From: an uncultured Acidobacteriota bacterium
GTDB taxonomy: Bacteria > Acidobacteriota > Blastocatellia > RBC074
DNA length: 64,000 bases
Direction of reading: 5' to 3'
Assembly: GCA_963796275.1 (NCBI GenBank)
Contig: CAWCKY010000001.1
Span: forward strand, 992,001 to 1,056,000
Shown here: in pieces, positions 51,967 to 62,834 of the stretch
How the letters are laid out: every line of letters begins with the position of its first letter
Numbering within the stretch: position 1 is the stretch's first letter
The notes under the pieces: model-generated
The model's input: the letters and a program-made list of their open reading frames with translations, nothing else
Told to the model about the DNA's origin: nothing
Database searches by the model: none
Program-made: the position numbers and the translations under genes

Positions 51967-53652
51967 ATGAACGCCAATCATAAATCGCTTAGGTATTCGA
52001 TAGCGCTCTTCCTGGGGTGGCCGTTATTCTGGCTTTCGATGACCTGTTTACTCCTCAGTCCACAGGTCTTAAGCGGAACATCTGTGGAACAGAAGCGAGA
52101 AATATTTATCCTGGCCAGTCTCGCGGTGATTGCAATTCTTGGGGTGTTCATAATTTACATGATTGTGGAACTGAATAGGCGCCAGCGCGCGAAAGAGGCG
52201 CTCCGTCATAGCGAGGAGCGGTTCAGGCAGCTCGCCGAGAACATTGGCGCGGTCTTCCATATGACTGAGCTTCTGGGCGACTCGGACCCCGGTCGAATCA
52301 TTTACGTCAGCCCCGCGTATGAGAAGATTTGGGGAAGCCCGCGTGAGAGTTTGTATACCGATAGTCGCTCCTGGGTAGAGTCGATCCATCCGCATGACAG
52401 GTCGCGCATAGAAGCGGCGATACCCCAAATCGCAACAGTGAAGTTCGATATGGAATATCGCATAGTGCGGCCCGACGGGGGAGTCCGGTGGGTACACGAC
52501 CGTATCTTTCCGATCTACGATGAAAAGGGGAAGCTTTACCGCATCGCCGGAATTGCCGAGGACATAACTGAACGAAAAAAAGCCGAGGAAAGTTTGGCGC
52601 GGGAGAAGAGTTTCTCCGACACCGCGATCGACAGCCTGCCCGGGATATTTTACCTTTTTGATATTCGGGGCCGTTACCTCAGGTGGAATAAAAACTTTGA
52701 ACGAGTCACCGGCTACTCGCACCTGGAGATCGCGGGTATGCATCCGCTGGACTTCATCACCGGCAAAGACAGGCAATCGCTTGCCGAAAAAATCGGCAAG
52801 GTCTTCACTGCGGGCGAGGCGGCCGTGGAGGCCGAGCTCGCCTCGAAGGACGGGCGGGAGACCGCCTACTTTTTCACGGGCAGGAGGATCTATTTCGACG
52901 GCAGGCCGTGTCTCGTTGGGATGGCTATCGATATTACCGAGCGAAGGCAGGCCGAGCAGGCGTTGCAGCAGTTAACGGGCAGGCTCCTCCAATTGCAGGA
53001 TGAGGAGCGCTGGCGGATCGCTGCCGAATTACACGACAGCCTGGGCCAAAGTCTCGCGATTATCAAGAACCGGGCGATGATCTGCCTGCGCGCCTCCTTC
53101 GATGAAGAGAGGCTCAAAGAGCAGCTTGAAGAGATATCGTCCACCGTCACTTCGGCTATCGATGAGGTGAGGGAGATCACTCACAACCTGCGGCCATACG
53201 AACTGGACCGGCTCGGGCTCGTCTCAGCAATCAAATCGATGATCAGAAAGGTCTCCGATTCAAGCTCGATCCGGCTCTTGTCAGACCTCGAACAGATCGA
53301 CGGTCTGCTCTCGAAAGAGGCTGAGACCAGCGTATATCGGATTGTGCAGGAAGGGCTCAACAACGTAATCAAGCACGCCGATGCAACCGAGGCGGGCGTG
53401 ACAATCAAAAAGGACGGACGCCAGGTCATTGTCACGGTGCGGGATAACGGGAAAGGAATTATACCGCGCACTACTCGCAGCAACGGAAAGAATGGCAGCG
53501 GTTTCGGTCTGGCCGGCATTGCGGAGCGGGCGCGGATGTTGGGAGGAGTACAGCAGCTTATTTCAGAGCCGGGTCGAGGAACTACTCTTACTGTTCGACT
53601 GGCACTGGAAGGAGAAAAGGATGAACGGAAACGCGCGCATAGTCATCGCTGA
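51967..53652 (+). CDS. PAS-PAS sensor histidine kinase (HisKA_3)
   Basis: Two TMs, two PAS/PAC, ERWRIAAELHDSLGQ, QEGLNNVIKHA, DNGKG. Confidence 0.94.
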   Translation: MNANHKSLRYSIALFLGWPLFWLSMTCLLLSPQVLSGTSVEQKREIFILASLAVIAILGVFIIYMIVELNRRQRAKEALRHSEERFRQLAENIGAVFHMTELLGDSDPGRIIYVSPAYEKIWGSPRESLYTDSRSWVESIHPHDRSRIEAAIPQIATVKFDMEYRIVRPDGGVRWVHDRIFPIYDEKGKLYRIAGIAEDITERKKAEESLAREKSFSDTAIDSLPGIFYLFDIRGRYLRWNKNFERVTGYSHLEIAGMHPLDFITGKDRQSLAEKIGKVFTAGEAAVEAELASKDGRETAYFFTGRRIYFDGRPCLVGMAIDITERRQAEQALQQLTGRLLQLQDEERWRIAAELHDSLGQSLAIIKNRAMICLRASFDEERLKEQLEEISSTVTSAIDEVREITHNLRPYELDRLGLVSAIKSMIRKVSDSSSIRLLSDLEQIDGLLSKEAETSVYRIVQEGLNNVIKHADATEAGVTIKKDGRQVIVTVRDNGKGIIPRTTRSNGKNGSGFGLAGIAERARMLGGVQQLISEPGRGTTLTVRLALEGEKDERKRAHSHR

Positions 53653-54277
53653 TGATCATCCCGTGTTCCTGCAGGGCCTAAGGCAAATCATCGAATTGGA
53701 GCCGGGCCTGGAGGTCGTGGGTGAAGCGAGCGACGGCAATAACGCCCTGGAGGCAATACGAGTTTTCAAACCGGGGATTGTTATCCTGGATATAGAGATG
53801 CCGCGGCTGGACGGGTTGGCGGTGACGCGACGGCTGCGCGAACAAAAGATTCCCATCGAGGTTATTTTGCTGACGGTGCACCGGGAGGAAAGCCTCCTGA
53901 ATTTCGCGCTCGAGCTCGGCGTCAAGGGCTACGTGCTCAAAGACAGCGCAGCGGTCGACATTGTGAGTTGCATAAATGCGGTGGCAAAGGGCGAGTACTA
54001 CACCAGTCCCGCTCTGACGACCTATCTGGTCAACCGCGGCCGCCCGGCCGAACGATCTCGAGGGGCGCGGCCAGGGCCGCTGGACTTAACGCCCACTGAG
54101 CGCCACGTCCTCAGACTGATCGCGGATTACAAGACGAGCAAAGAGATCGCCGAAGAGCTGGGCATCAGCCGGCGAACGGTCGAAACTCACCGCACGAATA
54201 TATGTCAGAAGCTCGAGATACACGGCAGCCACGCATTGATGAAATTCGCTCTCGAGCACAAATCCAGACTCACCTAA
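53621..54277 (+). CDS. NarL/LuxR family response regulator
   Basis: IADDHP, LDIEMP, LTPTER..SKEIAEEL..TVETHR. Confidence 0.95.
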   Translation: MNGNARIVIADDHPVFLQGLRQIIELEPGLEVVGEASDGNNALEAIRVFKPGIVILDIEMPRLDGLAVTRRLREQKIPIEVILLTVHREESLLNFALELGVKGYVLKDSAAVDIVSCINAVAKGEYYTSPALTTYLVNRGRPAERSRGARPGPLDLTPTERHVLRLIADYKTSKEIAEELGISRRTVETHRTNICQKLEIHGSHALMKFALEHKSRLT

Positions 54278-54582
54278 GAAAAACCGCTATAATACCGGCT
54301 GGACACTTTCCGAAAACGATCTTTTACGGGAGAAGAAGAGGTTTTACGCTCAGTGGCGATTGGTAATTGTGTGTACTGAGAGCGTTTTAAAAGCGGGTAG
54401 TTGGAGCCCTTATTCGGATGGAGCGAAGCGGAATCACTACGTCGCCATTCCTGAACAGCCATGCAAAGGGCCGATAAAATTGGACGGTTGTCACAAGCAT
54501 AAATTGCTATGTGCCTGGGGCTCCACCCTTGGCTTCAGCCAATCTTTTAAAACAATCTCTGACATTTGGAGTAAGTATAAAA

Positions 54583-56073
54583 ATGCTGGAGATGAAGGGA
54601 AAGAGGATCAACAGAAAGATCATAGTTCTGGTCGTTATTGGATTGGCGAGTATCGATTTTATCAGCGCAAGAAATGGAATTGCGATGCAGCGCGCCAATA
54701 CGGCACGGACGGGCATAGATCTTAAATCTTGTCGAGTGAATGATGTTGCTGGCGAATTGCGGTGCGGCACCTATGAGGTTTACGAAGACCGCACAGCGAT
54801 GAGGGGCCGCAGGATCGGTCTTAAAGTCTTAGTTCTCCCGGCATTGAATGGCAGGCGTGCACCGGATGCTCTGTTTATCCTCGCCGGCGGACCGGGTCAG
54901 GCCGCCACGAACCTGGCGGGTTTCGTTTCCCGCACCTTCGCGAGGGTTCGCCAGGAACGCGACATCGTCTTGGTCGATCAGCGAGGTACGGGTGGATCGA
55001 ATGGGTTGGAATGCAATCTTTACGGTAATAGTTTACCGGGGCACCTCGGCGATCTGTTCCCCCTGGAGGCAATCAAAGCCTGCTACGCGCAATGGGATCA
55101 ACGGGCCGATCTGCGCTTTTACACGACGTCCCTCGCTATGGATGATCTCGATGATGTGCGGGCCGCGCTCGGATACGAGACGATCAACCTCTTCGGTACG
55201 TCCTATGGGACTCGTGCGGCGCAGGTCTATATGCGCCAATTTCCCGAACGCGTCCGCACCGTCATTTTGAAGGGAGTTACGCCGATCAGCGAAACCATCC
55301 CGCCCAACATCGCGCGCGATGCGCAGCGATCGTTGCAACTGGTGATTGAGGATTGCGAGAAGAGCGCAACCTGCCGCAAGTCCTTCCCGAACTTCAGACG
55401 GGAATTCGCCGATGTGCTGGCTCGCCTGGAAAAGGGCAGCGTGGGAGTGCAGCTGTCCAATGGCGAAAGCAGCAAGGTGGAACGGGGCGAGCTTTCGCAT
55501 GGAGCTTTCATCACTACCCTTCGCAGCATGCTGCAATCGACAGCCACGATTGCCCAGCTGCCGATGTTGATTCACGAGGCATATAAAGGCAACTACTCGC
55601 CTTACGCGCGCGAAGTCCTCGCTATCCGCCGGGGATTCTCGCAAAGCGTCAGCATCGGGACATTTCTTTCGGTCATCAACAGCGAAGACATGAGGTTGAT
55701 CGATCCCGGTCAATCGGATGGGACTTTTATGGGTGACTACTACTATCGGCAACTGCGCCAGGCGTGCGAACTCCTGCCGCGAGGCGAGATACCGCCCGGT
55801 TACCGGGAACCCGCTCTTTCAACCATGCCGGTATTGCTCATTTCCGGACATTTCGATCCGGCGACTCCACCACAGTATGGCGATGTTATCGCACAGAACC
55901 TGCGCAACGGCCGACACATCGTGGTCCGAAATGGAAGCCATTCCTACACGGGCCTCTCACCCTGCATCGATAACATCATGGCTGATTTCATTATTCGCGC
56001 CGGTGTCAGGGACCTGGATGCATCCTGTGCGGATCGCATCCCGCCCATCGCTTATCTGGTAGGACGCGCGTAA
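54583..56073 (+). CDS. Secreted alpha/beta hydrolase (TAP-like peptidase)
   Basis: LAGGPG, DQRGTG, GTSYGT, DPATP, GSH. Confidence 0.9.
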   Translation: MLEMKGKRINRKIIVLVVIGLASIDFISARNGIAMQRANTARTGIDLKSCRVNDVAGELRCGTYEVYEDRTAMRGRRIGLKVLVLPALNGRRAPDALFILAGGPGQAATNLAGFVSRTFARVRQERDIVLVDQRGTGGSNGLECNLYGNSLPGHLGDLFPLEAIKACYAQWDQRADLRFYTTSLAMDDLDDVRAALGYETINLFGTSYGTRAAQVYMRQFPERVRTVILKGVTPISETIPPNIARDAQRSLQLVIEDCEKSATCRKSFPNFRREFADVLARLEKGSVGVQLSNGESSKVERGELSHGAFITTLRSMLQSTATIAQLPMLIHEAYKGNYSPYAREVLAIRRGFSQSVSIGTFLSVINSEDMRLIDPGQSDGTFMGDYYYRQLRQACELLPRGEIPPGYREPALSTMPVLLISGHFDPATPPQYGDVIAQNLRNGRHIVVRNGSHSYTGLSPCIDNIMADFIIRAGVRDLDASCADRIPPIAYLVGRA

Positions 56074-57092
56074 TATCCTTCTCTCGTGCGAGCTATTAGT
56101 TTGCGGTGGTTTTTGGGATTGACTGCGATGCGCACTTCTCGATAAGTGCCATCGCGTTTTTCATTACTCGGATAATAATTGACCACATATTGCGTACGCA
56201 GATCCTTAGATATCTGCGTCGCTATGTCGTTCATCTCCTCAGCGGCTTTCGGGTAGAAGGCGCGGCCGCCCGAGTCTTCTGCGAGACGTCCGATCAAGCT
56301 CTTGGCTCTGGCCTCCGGAGACCTGGCGAATAGGTTGAACTTCCCTTTATCGACGAAGCCGACCAGATAAATCTGTACTTCATTCTCTCTGATCGCATTC
56401 TTCACCATTCTCTCTTTGGCAGCGCTGTTGTTCTCCAAACCGTCGCTGATTACGACGAGCGCTTTTCGCCGGCGTTGAGCTTTAGATCTGGCGTAATCGG
56501 AAGTTGCGATGATGGCATCCAGCATCGCCGTACTGCCGCTGATGAAGAGTTCATCTAAGGCCGCTTCCAGTTCGCTTTTATCGCTGGTGAACCCTTTGAC
56601 GAGCTTCGCTTCGGTCTTGAATTGTGAGATGAAGCACTCGTCGTTTGGCCGCATATCTTTGATCAGATAGCGGGCGGCGTCGGATACCGCATAGAGCTTG
56701 GATCGCATACTGCCAGATGTGTCTATGACAAGGCCGAAGCTGAGAGGTATCTCCTCACGGTTAACTGATATGATCTGTTGTGGGACATTGTCCTCAAAGA
56801 CCGTGAAGTCTTCCTTGTCCAAAAAATAGACGGGCATGTTGTTCTGGTCGATGACTGTTACGTCAAGTGAGACCATTTCCGTGCTGATTTTTATTGCATC
56901 GGGGCTTTGCGCTTGGTTGTCAGGCTGATCAGTTGGGCGACGATCGGTCTTTTGTTCTTGGTCGTTCCTCTCTTGTGTTGATATATTAGATTGTTCTTGA
57001 TCCTGGGCAACGATCCGGTCCAGTCTAAAATTCATCACAACACACGAGAGCAAAATCAAGGTAAGTCCTCGTAGGTGTCTCTGGTGCTGCAT
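56052..57092 (-). CDS. Acidobacterial VWA-domain secreted protein
   Basis: DTSGSM MIDAS, TAMLDA, ISDG, SGGRAF, QYVVNY, REGYYA. Confidence 0.9.
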   Translation of the reverse strand: MQHQRHLRGLTLILLSCVVMNFRLDRIVAQDQEQSNISTQERNDQEQKTDRRPTDQPDNQAQSPDAIKISTEMVSLDVTVIDQNNMPVYFLDKEDFTVFEDNVPQQIISVNREEIPLSFGLVIDTSGSMRSKLYAVSDAARYLIKDMRPNDECFISQFKTEAKLVKGFTSDKSELEAALDELFISGSTAMLDAIIATSDYARSKAQRRRKALVVISDGLENNSAAKERMVKNAIRENEVQIYLVGFVDKGKFNLFARSPEARAKSLIGRLAEDSGGRAFYPKAAEEMNDIATQISKDLRTQYVVNYYPSNEKRDGTYREVRIAVNPKNHRKLIARTREGYYARPTR

Positions 57093-57251
57093 ATGAAATC
57101 CTCTTTTCTTGGAGCCGATGAACCATCCGGCTCTTCGATTAGGGGGGCAGATTGTGGGGGCATTATACACCTGGAGGCGGCTTGTGTTTGAAGGGCTTCG
57201 GGTTGTTTGAATGCAATTTCTACAAATTAAAACGGGTTGAGAAGTCGGCCG

Positions 57252-58220
57252 CTATAACCAGTCAATCCCGCGAAAATATAGGTAGATTGCCATCGCGACG
57301 ATGAGCATTGAACCGAGCGTTCCGACATATCCATATCGCCAGTCCAATTCCGGCATATATCTGAAATTCATCCCATAAATGCCGGCGATGAGCGTTACCG
57401 ACATCAGAATCGCGGAGATCGCGGTCAGGCGCTTCATCACCATATTCATTCTATTGCTCGAGACGGAGAGATAGGCATCCATAGTGGAACCGAGCATGTC
57501 GCGCATCGTATCTATCGTATCGACTACCCGGATCAAGTGGTCGAAGACATCCTGGAAATAGATGGAGGTCTCGCGCGAGAAGAGCGGTTGTTCTCGCCGC
57601 AGGAGCGTGTTGAAGACATCGCGGAGCGGCGCCACTACGCGCCGCAGGAAGAGCAATTGCTTCTTGATGCGGAAGATCTGCTGGATAGTATCTGGCTGAA
57701 AATTTTCGAAGATTTGATCCTCCAGATCGTCGATCCGGTCTGAGAGCGTATCGAGCAGTGGAAGGTAATCGTCAACAATCGAATCGATCAACAGGTAAGT
57801 CAGCAGGCCTGGCCCGCGGTGAGCCATGTCCGCCCATCCGCGCCAGAGCCGCTCGGCCTGTTCGGTGGCGCGGATCGGCTGACTATGAACCGTGACGAGA
57901 TAGTTTTTTCCGAGAAAAATGCTAAGTTCGCGCAACTCGAGCCCCTGATCATCTTTCAGCAGCGCTTCGTAGAGAACGATGAAGTAGTAACCTTCGTACT
58001 CCTCGATCTTGGGCCTTTGATGCGCGCTTCGGCAATCCTCGATCGAGAGCGGGTGGAAGCCAAATTCTTTGGCCAGTTCGTGGAAGTCCTGGCCGGTCGG
58101 ATCGGACACGTCCACCCAGACGATGTTCGGGGACTCGGCGCACAGATCGCTGATCCTCTCGGGATCGACGCATCTGTTGAAAGTCTTGGTATCGCTGTTC
58201 AGAACCAAAGTGTTGATCAT
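57252..58220 (-). CDS. corA: Mg/Co transporter CorA
   Basis: HPLSIED, QRPKIE, YGMNF..MPEL. Confidence 0.95.
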   Translation of the reverse strand: MINTLVLNSDTKTFNRCVDPERISDLCAESPNIVWVDVSDPTGQDFHELAKEFGFHPLSIEDCRSAHQRPKIEEYEGYYFIVLYEALLKDDQGLELRELSIFLGKNYLVTVHSQPIRATEQAERLWRGWADMAHRGPGLLTYLLIDSIVDDYLPLLDTLSDRIDDLEDQIFENFQPDTIQQIFRIKKQLLFLRRVVAPLRDVFNTLLRREQPLFSRETSIYFQDVFDHLIRVVDTIDTMRDMLGSTMDAYLSVSSNRMNMVMKRLTAISAILMSVTLIAGIYGMNFRYMPELDWRYGYVGTLGSMLIVAMAIYLYFRGIDWL

Positions 58221-58267
58221 AATCCACTATTATCTTCCGAACAGGATGTCAAAGAAATATGAAATAA

Positions 58268-58356
58268 GGGGCAAACAAAAAAGGCAAAGAGGGGCAAAAA
58301 AAGAGGGGCAAAAAAGACAAAGTCTGGCATTTTTTGCCTTTTTTGCTCCTCTTTGA
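58268..58356. terminator. Purine-repeat inverted hairpin downstream of TBDR
   Basis: AAAGAGGGGCAAAAAAG.../...CTTTTTTGCTCCTCTTTG. Confidence 0.55.
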
Positions 58357-58386
58357 TTTTTTAGCTCCGTCAGATCGAACGTCTAC

Positions 58387-61300
58387 TTAAAAGTTGAACC
58401 TCAATTGAAATTCTATCAACCGTCCACCCGGATCGTTCGTGCCCGACACCGTGAAATCACGGAAGGCGTTGGTGGTCTGTCCGAACGCCTCGCCGATTGT
58501 GGTGGTAGATGAATCCGTGCCCGCGCCGCGGATCGTGATATTCGATTGATTGAACGCATTGAGGAATTGGACGCGGAATTCGACGTTGGTCTTCTCCGTG
58601 ATCCTGGTGCGTTTCATCAGGTTAAGGTCGAAACGCGAGGTCCACGGCCCGTAAAGCGGAAGGGTCGAGCCGAGCACTCCGGGCGTGGTCGGCGGCCCGA
58701 TATAGGGTTTGCTCGGATCGAGGTCGGCCAGCGTCTTGCCGCCCTCCTCGAATGCCGCCAGGGTGTTGTCGATAATCTCCTGCGGCAGCCAGTAGACCAC
58801 GCCGTGGCAGAGGGGATCGCAGACGGATGTCTTGCGAATTTTGACCAGAGCCTGGAGTTGATCTCGTGTGATGTTATGAAGCACCACTCCCGCATCATTG
58901 TTGTTGAAGGTCTGGCGCCCGCTGAGGAAGAGTGTGGGCGTGCCGGACTGAATGCGCGCCACACCCCCGATTTGCCATCCTTCAGATACTTTCTTCAAGA
59001 ATGTTGGCCCCCCATTCAAGAAAGAGCGACCGGGACCGATGGGAAGCTCATACAGATAATCGAACTTGAGGCCATGCCTGAGGTCGCGCGGTGCGACGGA
59101 TCGATCGAAGTCTAAATTTCGGAAGGTTGTGGGCGTGGATGCTGCTGCGCTGCTGGTGTCATACACGTTGCCGAGCGACTTCGACCATGCGTAACTGCCC
59201 TGCAGGAGCAGCCCCTTGCTGAATCGGTGGCGAAGCTCGACCTGTAATGCGTGGTGGCTGCTGTCCCCACCATTGGTCATGATCCAGGCATCCTCGGGCG
59301 AGCGGGGATTGGCGACGAAGTAGTTCGAGAGATGGGCGGGGAATTGTTCGGATCAAGCATCGATGTCGAATGGATGAGCCCGTTGGTGATCAGTCTATTC
59401 ATGCGAGTCAAATTGGTGGCGATGCTGTTGGCCACTCGTCCTGCCTCGCCGCGATCAAGCGATGTGATCGTGTTCGAGTCATTCGGACTGTTGATCGCAG
59501 TCTGGATTATATCGACCAGGACTTGGCCGGGAAGACCCGAGAAGCCGTAACTGCAGTCGTCATCGCATCCGGGATTATTCTCCCGATATATTCTCAGGTT
59601 ATTCTGAGCATTCTTAAATTCATTGATGAAGCCATTTTCAAAGATATTGACCTCGTTGACCTCAGACTGACGCCAGAGCCGTGTTCCGTGGTTTCCGACG
59701 TAGCGGACTTCAAGCGCCATATCTTTAGTCAATTCGCGCTGGATACCAAATGTCCAGGACTGTACATAACCCGGCCTTAGTTTGGGATCGAAATCGTTGA
59801 TAGATGCGCCCTGTACCGCAGTGAACGGGAATTTCGGCGTGCTGAGATCCAGAAACGGAAAAGATCCATTCGCGCAGCAACCGGCTGCCTGGCGTGCCGA
59901 ACACGTCCGGATTACTGGCGGGATTGACACCATTGGTGAACGAAACGCCCTCATTCGATCCGAACATGCTGTTGAACGCATTGAAGCCTTCGCGGATGAA
60001 TGCGATCGAATAGCCGCCGCGCAGAACGGTCCGGCCAGAACTGCCGAAGATGCGGCCGAGCAGGCTCGATTTGAAGTCCGGTGACCACGCAAAGCCGATG
60101 CTCGGAGCAATGTCTCTGTAATTATTCCTGAACGCTTTTTCTCCGGGTTCCAACAAAAAGTATTGCGTGGGTTTCCCGGTATATACACCCGGCTTGAAGA
60201 GATTGTTCATACCCGAGACGCCAAAAACTCCTTCAGGAGTGGTCCTGGTGTAGACCTGGTTATCGTTGACCGGCGACGGGTCGAACTCCCATCGAAGGCC
60301 GCCCGTGATGGTCAATTGCTGTGATACCTTCCAGCGGTCCTGCGCATAGATGCCGAATTGATTCTGGTGATTGCGCTGTACGACGTCGTTGTACTCGAAC
60401 TGGCGCGTCTCCTCGTTAAATGCGGAATCCCTCACTGTCGCGGAGATGCGGCCAGTCAACAGGGCATATAGATTCCAGGCATCCGTCCGCTGTGCGAGGG
60501 TGCTGCCGGGAAAATTGCGTCTCTCGGTCGTAAAAATGCTGGTGGGGCCTGTGTTGATGGGATCGCCGGTCGCGATGCCGATACTGATCTGCGGCACCAA
60601 TGCGGTGCTGATATCGCTGTTCCAAACGGCGATCCGGGTATAACTGCCGCCGAAGTTGAGCTCATGCGACCCCTTCAGCCAGGTCAGATTGTCGGTCAGC
60701 GTTTTGACCGGCGTATTACGCCGCGAGTTCGAGGTGTAGGACCTGTAAGCGGAAGTAAATGGATTGGTGACGTTGTAGCCATTGAATAACCGGAATTGAC
60801 CGGGCCCGAACTCACGCCGGAAATTTGAAGTGCCGTTGCCTGAAGAAGTAGCCCGGATTTCGTTGACGAGGTTATTCCGGATTGTCCATCGCTCTGCCAG
60901 CGTGAATGTAAACGCATTGCGATAGATGCTGCCGGTGGTGCCATCGCCGCCCAGAACTGAACCAGTGCCGGGATAGGCCGAAAAGATGCTGTTAACGCCG
61001 TCCGGCTGGGAGAAATAATGCTGATAATTGTGGACAAACTCCAGATGATGTTTATCAGTCACGTTGAAGTCCAGGCGGATAGTCGGGAATCGCCGTATAT
61101 TTCGGGCCGGATCGACGAAATTGAGATTGAGCCGGTTGTAATCGTTATTGGTTTCGACGCGGCTCAGAAGCGGCAGGCCATTCTTTGATGCATCGTTGAT
61201 CATGTTTAGCGCATTGGCCGTCATCTGATCGGGTTCGTCGGGATAAGTTAGGGTAGTCCCATCAGGGAGTTTCGCATCCCGGGCTATTTTGTAGAGATCG

Positions 61301-62337
61301 ACTTCGCGCGGCTCCGTACTCCCCGAAGGCCGATATGTGAAGAAGCCCTGGCGTGCCCTCTCAGTCAGAACCTGGCGCGTGACGGAGAAGGTCTGCGGCA
61401 GCCGGAACTCCTCCAAATTGACGAAGAAGAATGCCTTGTCGCGTGTCTTCAACAGCTTGGGGATCAGAATCGGCCCGCCGATGTTGCCGCCGAATTGATT
61501 GAAGTTGATCCGGTCGCGCGGCAATCCGTTAAGACCGTTGAAGTAATAGTTGGAGTTGAAGAAATCATTGCGATTCTGCCAGAACAATCCCCCGTGAAAT
61601 TCGCTGGAGCCTTGCTTGGTTATGAATCTGATCTGGACTGCGCCTCCCCCAGCGCTCTCAGCGCCCGGCGTCGCGGTCGATATGGACACCTCCTCGACGG
61701 CGTCCGATTTCGGCTGTGTAGTGGTGAAGAAGCCGTCGCTCGACTTGAGGAAGTTGTCCTGAACGTTCGCGCCATCGATCGTGATATTGAGGGAACTCTT
61801 CGGTAAGCCATTTACCGAAGATGTGCGGGAAGTCCCAGGAGTCTGTACGCCCGGCATCGCCAGGATAAGCTGCATTGCTTCACGCGTGCTGAAGGGCAGT
61901 TCGAGAATCTGTTTGCCAGTAATAGTCGAACTGATAGTGGCGCTCGCCGTTTGTAGGACCTCGCCGCCGCCCGTGATGACGACCTGATCGCCGACGGCTC
62001 CCACCTCTAACGTGGCTTTGACCGTCGCGGGCTGTCCGACCTCTACCGTCACTTCCTGTACGACCGTCGTCTTGAATCCGGGAGCCGTGATCGTCACGGC
62101 GTAGCTGCCCGATGGGATCGAAGGGAGCGTCCAGTTGCCGTCCTTGTTGGTCGTTACGGTGTATTGTGCTTTCGTCTGGATGTTCTTTACGGTCAATTGC
62201 GCGTTGGGTACGACCGCGCCCTGCGTATCGATGACCGTACCGGACATCTGTCCGGTCGTCGTCACTTGCGCCAAAATCAGCGGCGCCGCAGCAAACACTA
62301 AGCCCAGGATGAAACCTCGGAGGATGAGTCGATTCAT
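58387..62337 (-). CDS. TonB-dependent receptor (Oar-like), two apparent frameshifts (~59872, ~59335)
   Basis: Signal peptide and carboxypeptidase-like N-domain; ORFs 59725-62337, 59277-60188 and 58387-59280 join into one barrel ending GRLIEFQLRFNF. Confidence 0.9.
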
Positions 62338-62523
62338 TGATTTCTCCTTTTGAATAGAAAATCGGTTAACGAATTCCGGGAGGAATATCGCAAAGAGAAC
62401 CTGGTACTTCTTCTGAACTCGTTTATTTAGTTTTATTTGGTATTGCTTCGGTGCTCGTGCTTCGGATGCTCGTTGATTTGTTGTATGACGAAATACTGCA
62501 CTTTTAAAATCAGTAAATTTTTA

Positions 62524-62538
62524 GCAAAATCCATTCCA
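62524..62538 (-). promoter_or_regulatory. sigma54 promoter for TBDR
   Basis: TGGAATGGATTTTGC. Confidence 0.65.
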
Positions 62539-62635
62539 GATGAAAAGCAGATACTGGAGGCATATATTTCCTTGATAATAGGTGGTTTATTAGATCACCG
62601 CGTACCCTGATGGACTCCTCTACAAAAATTTCTTA

Positions 62636-62663
62636 CATAATTTTGAATAATTTCAAAATTATG
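62636..62663. promoter_or_regulatory. Perfect 12-bp palindromic operator/enhancer
   Basis: CATAATTTTGAA-TAAT-TTCAAAATTATG, ~100 bp upstream of the -24 box. Confidence 0.65.
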
Positions 62664-62834
62664 CATGCATTTTTGAGATGAGCAAACGGAATAAAAAATA
62701 AAAGAATATGAGTCGAACGAAAAAAGACGGAGGCATGCATAAAGCGGATTCCGAACCTGGGCGGGGAAGCAGTGCTGCCATTGCGGAGCATCGGTCGTCG
62801 ACGCAGCGAAACTATGGGAATACAGAAGTGTCCG

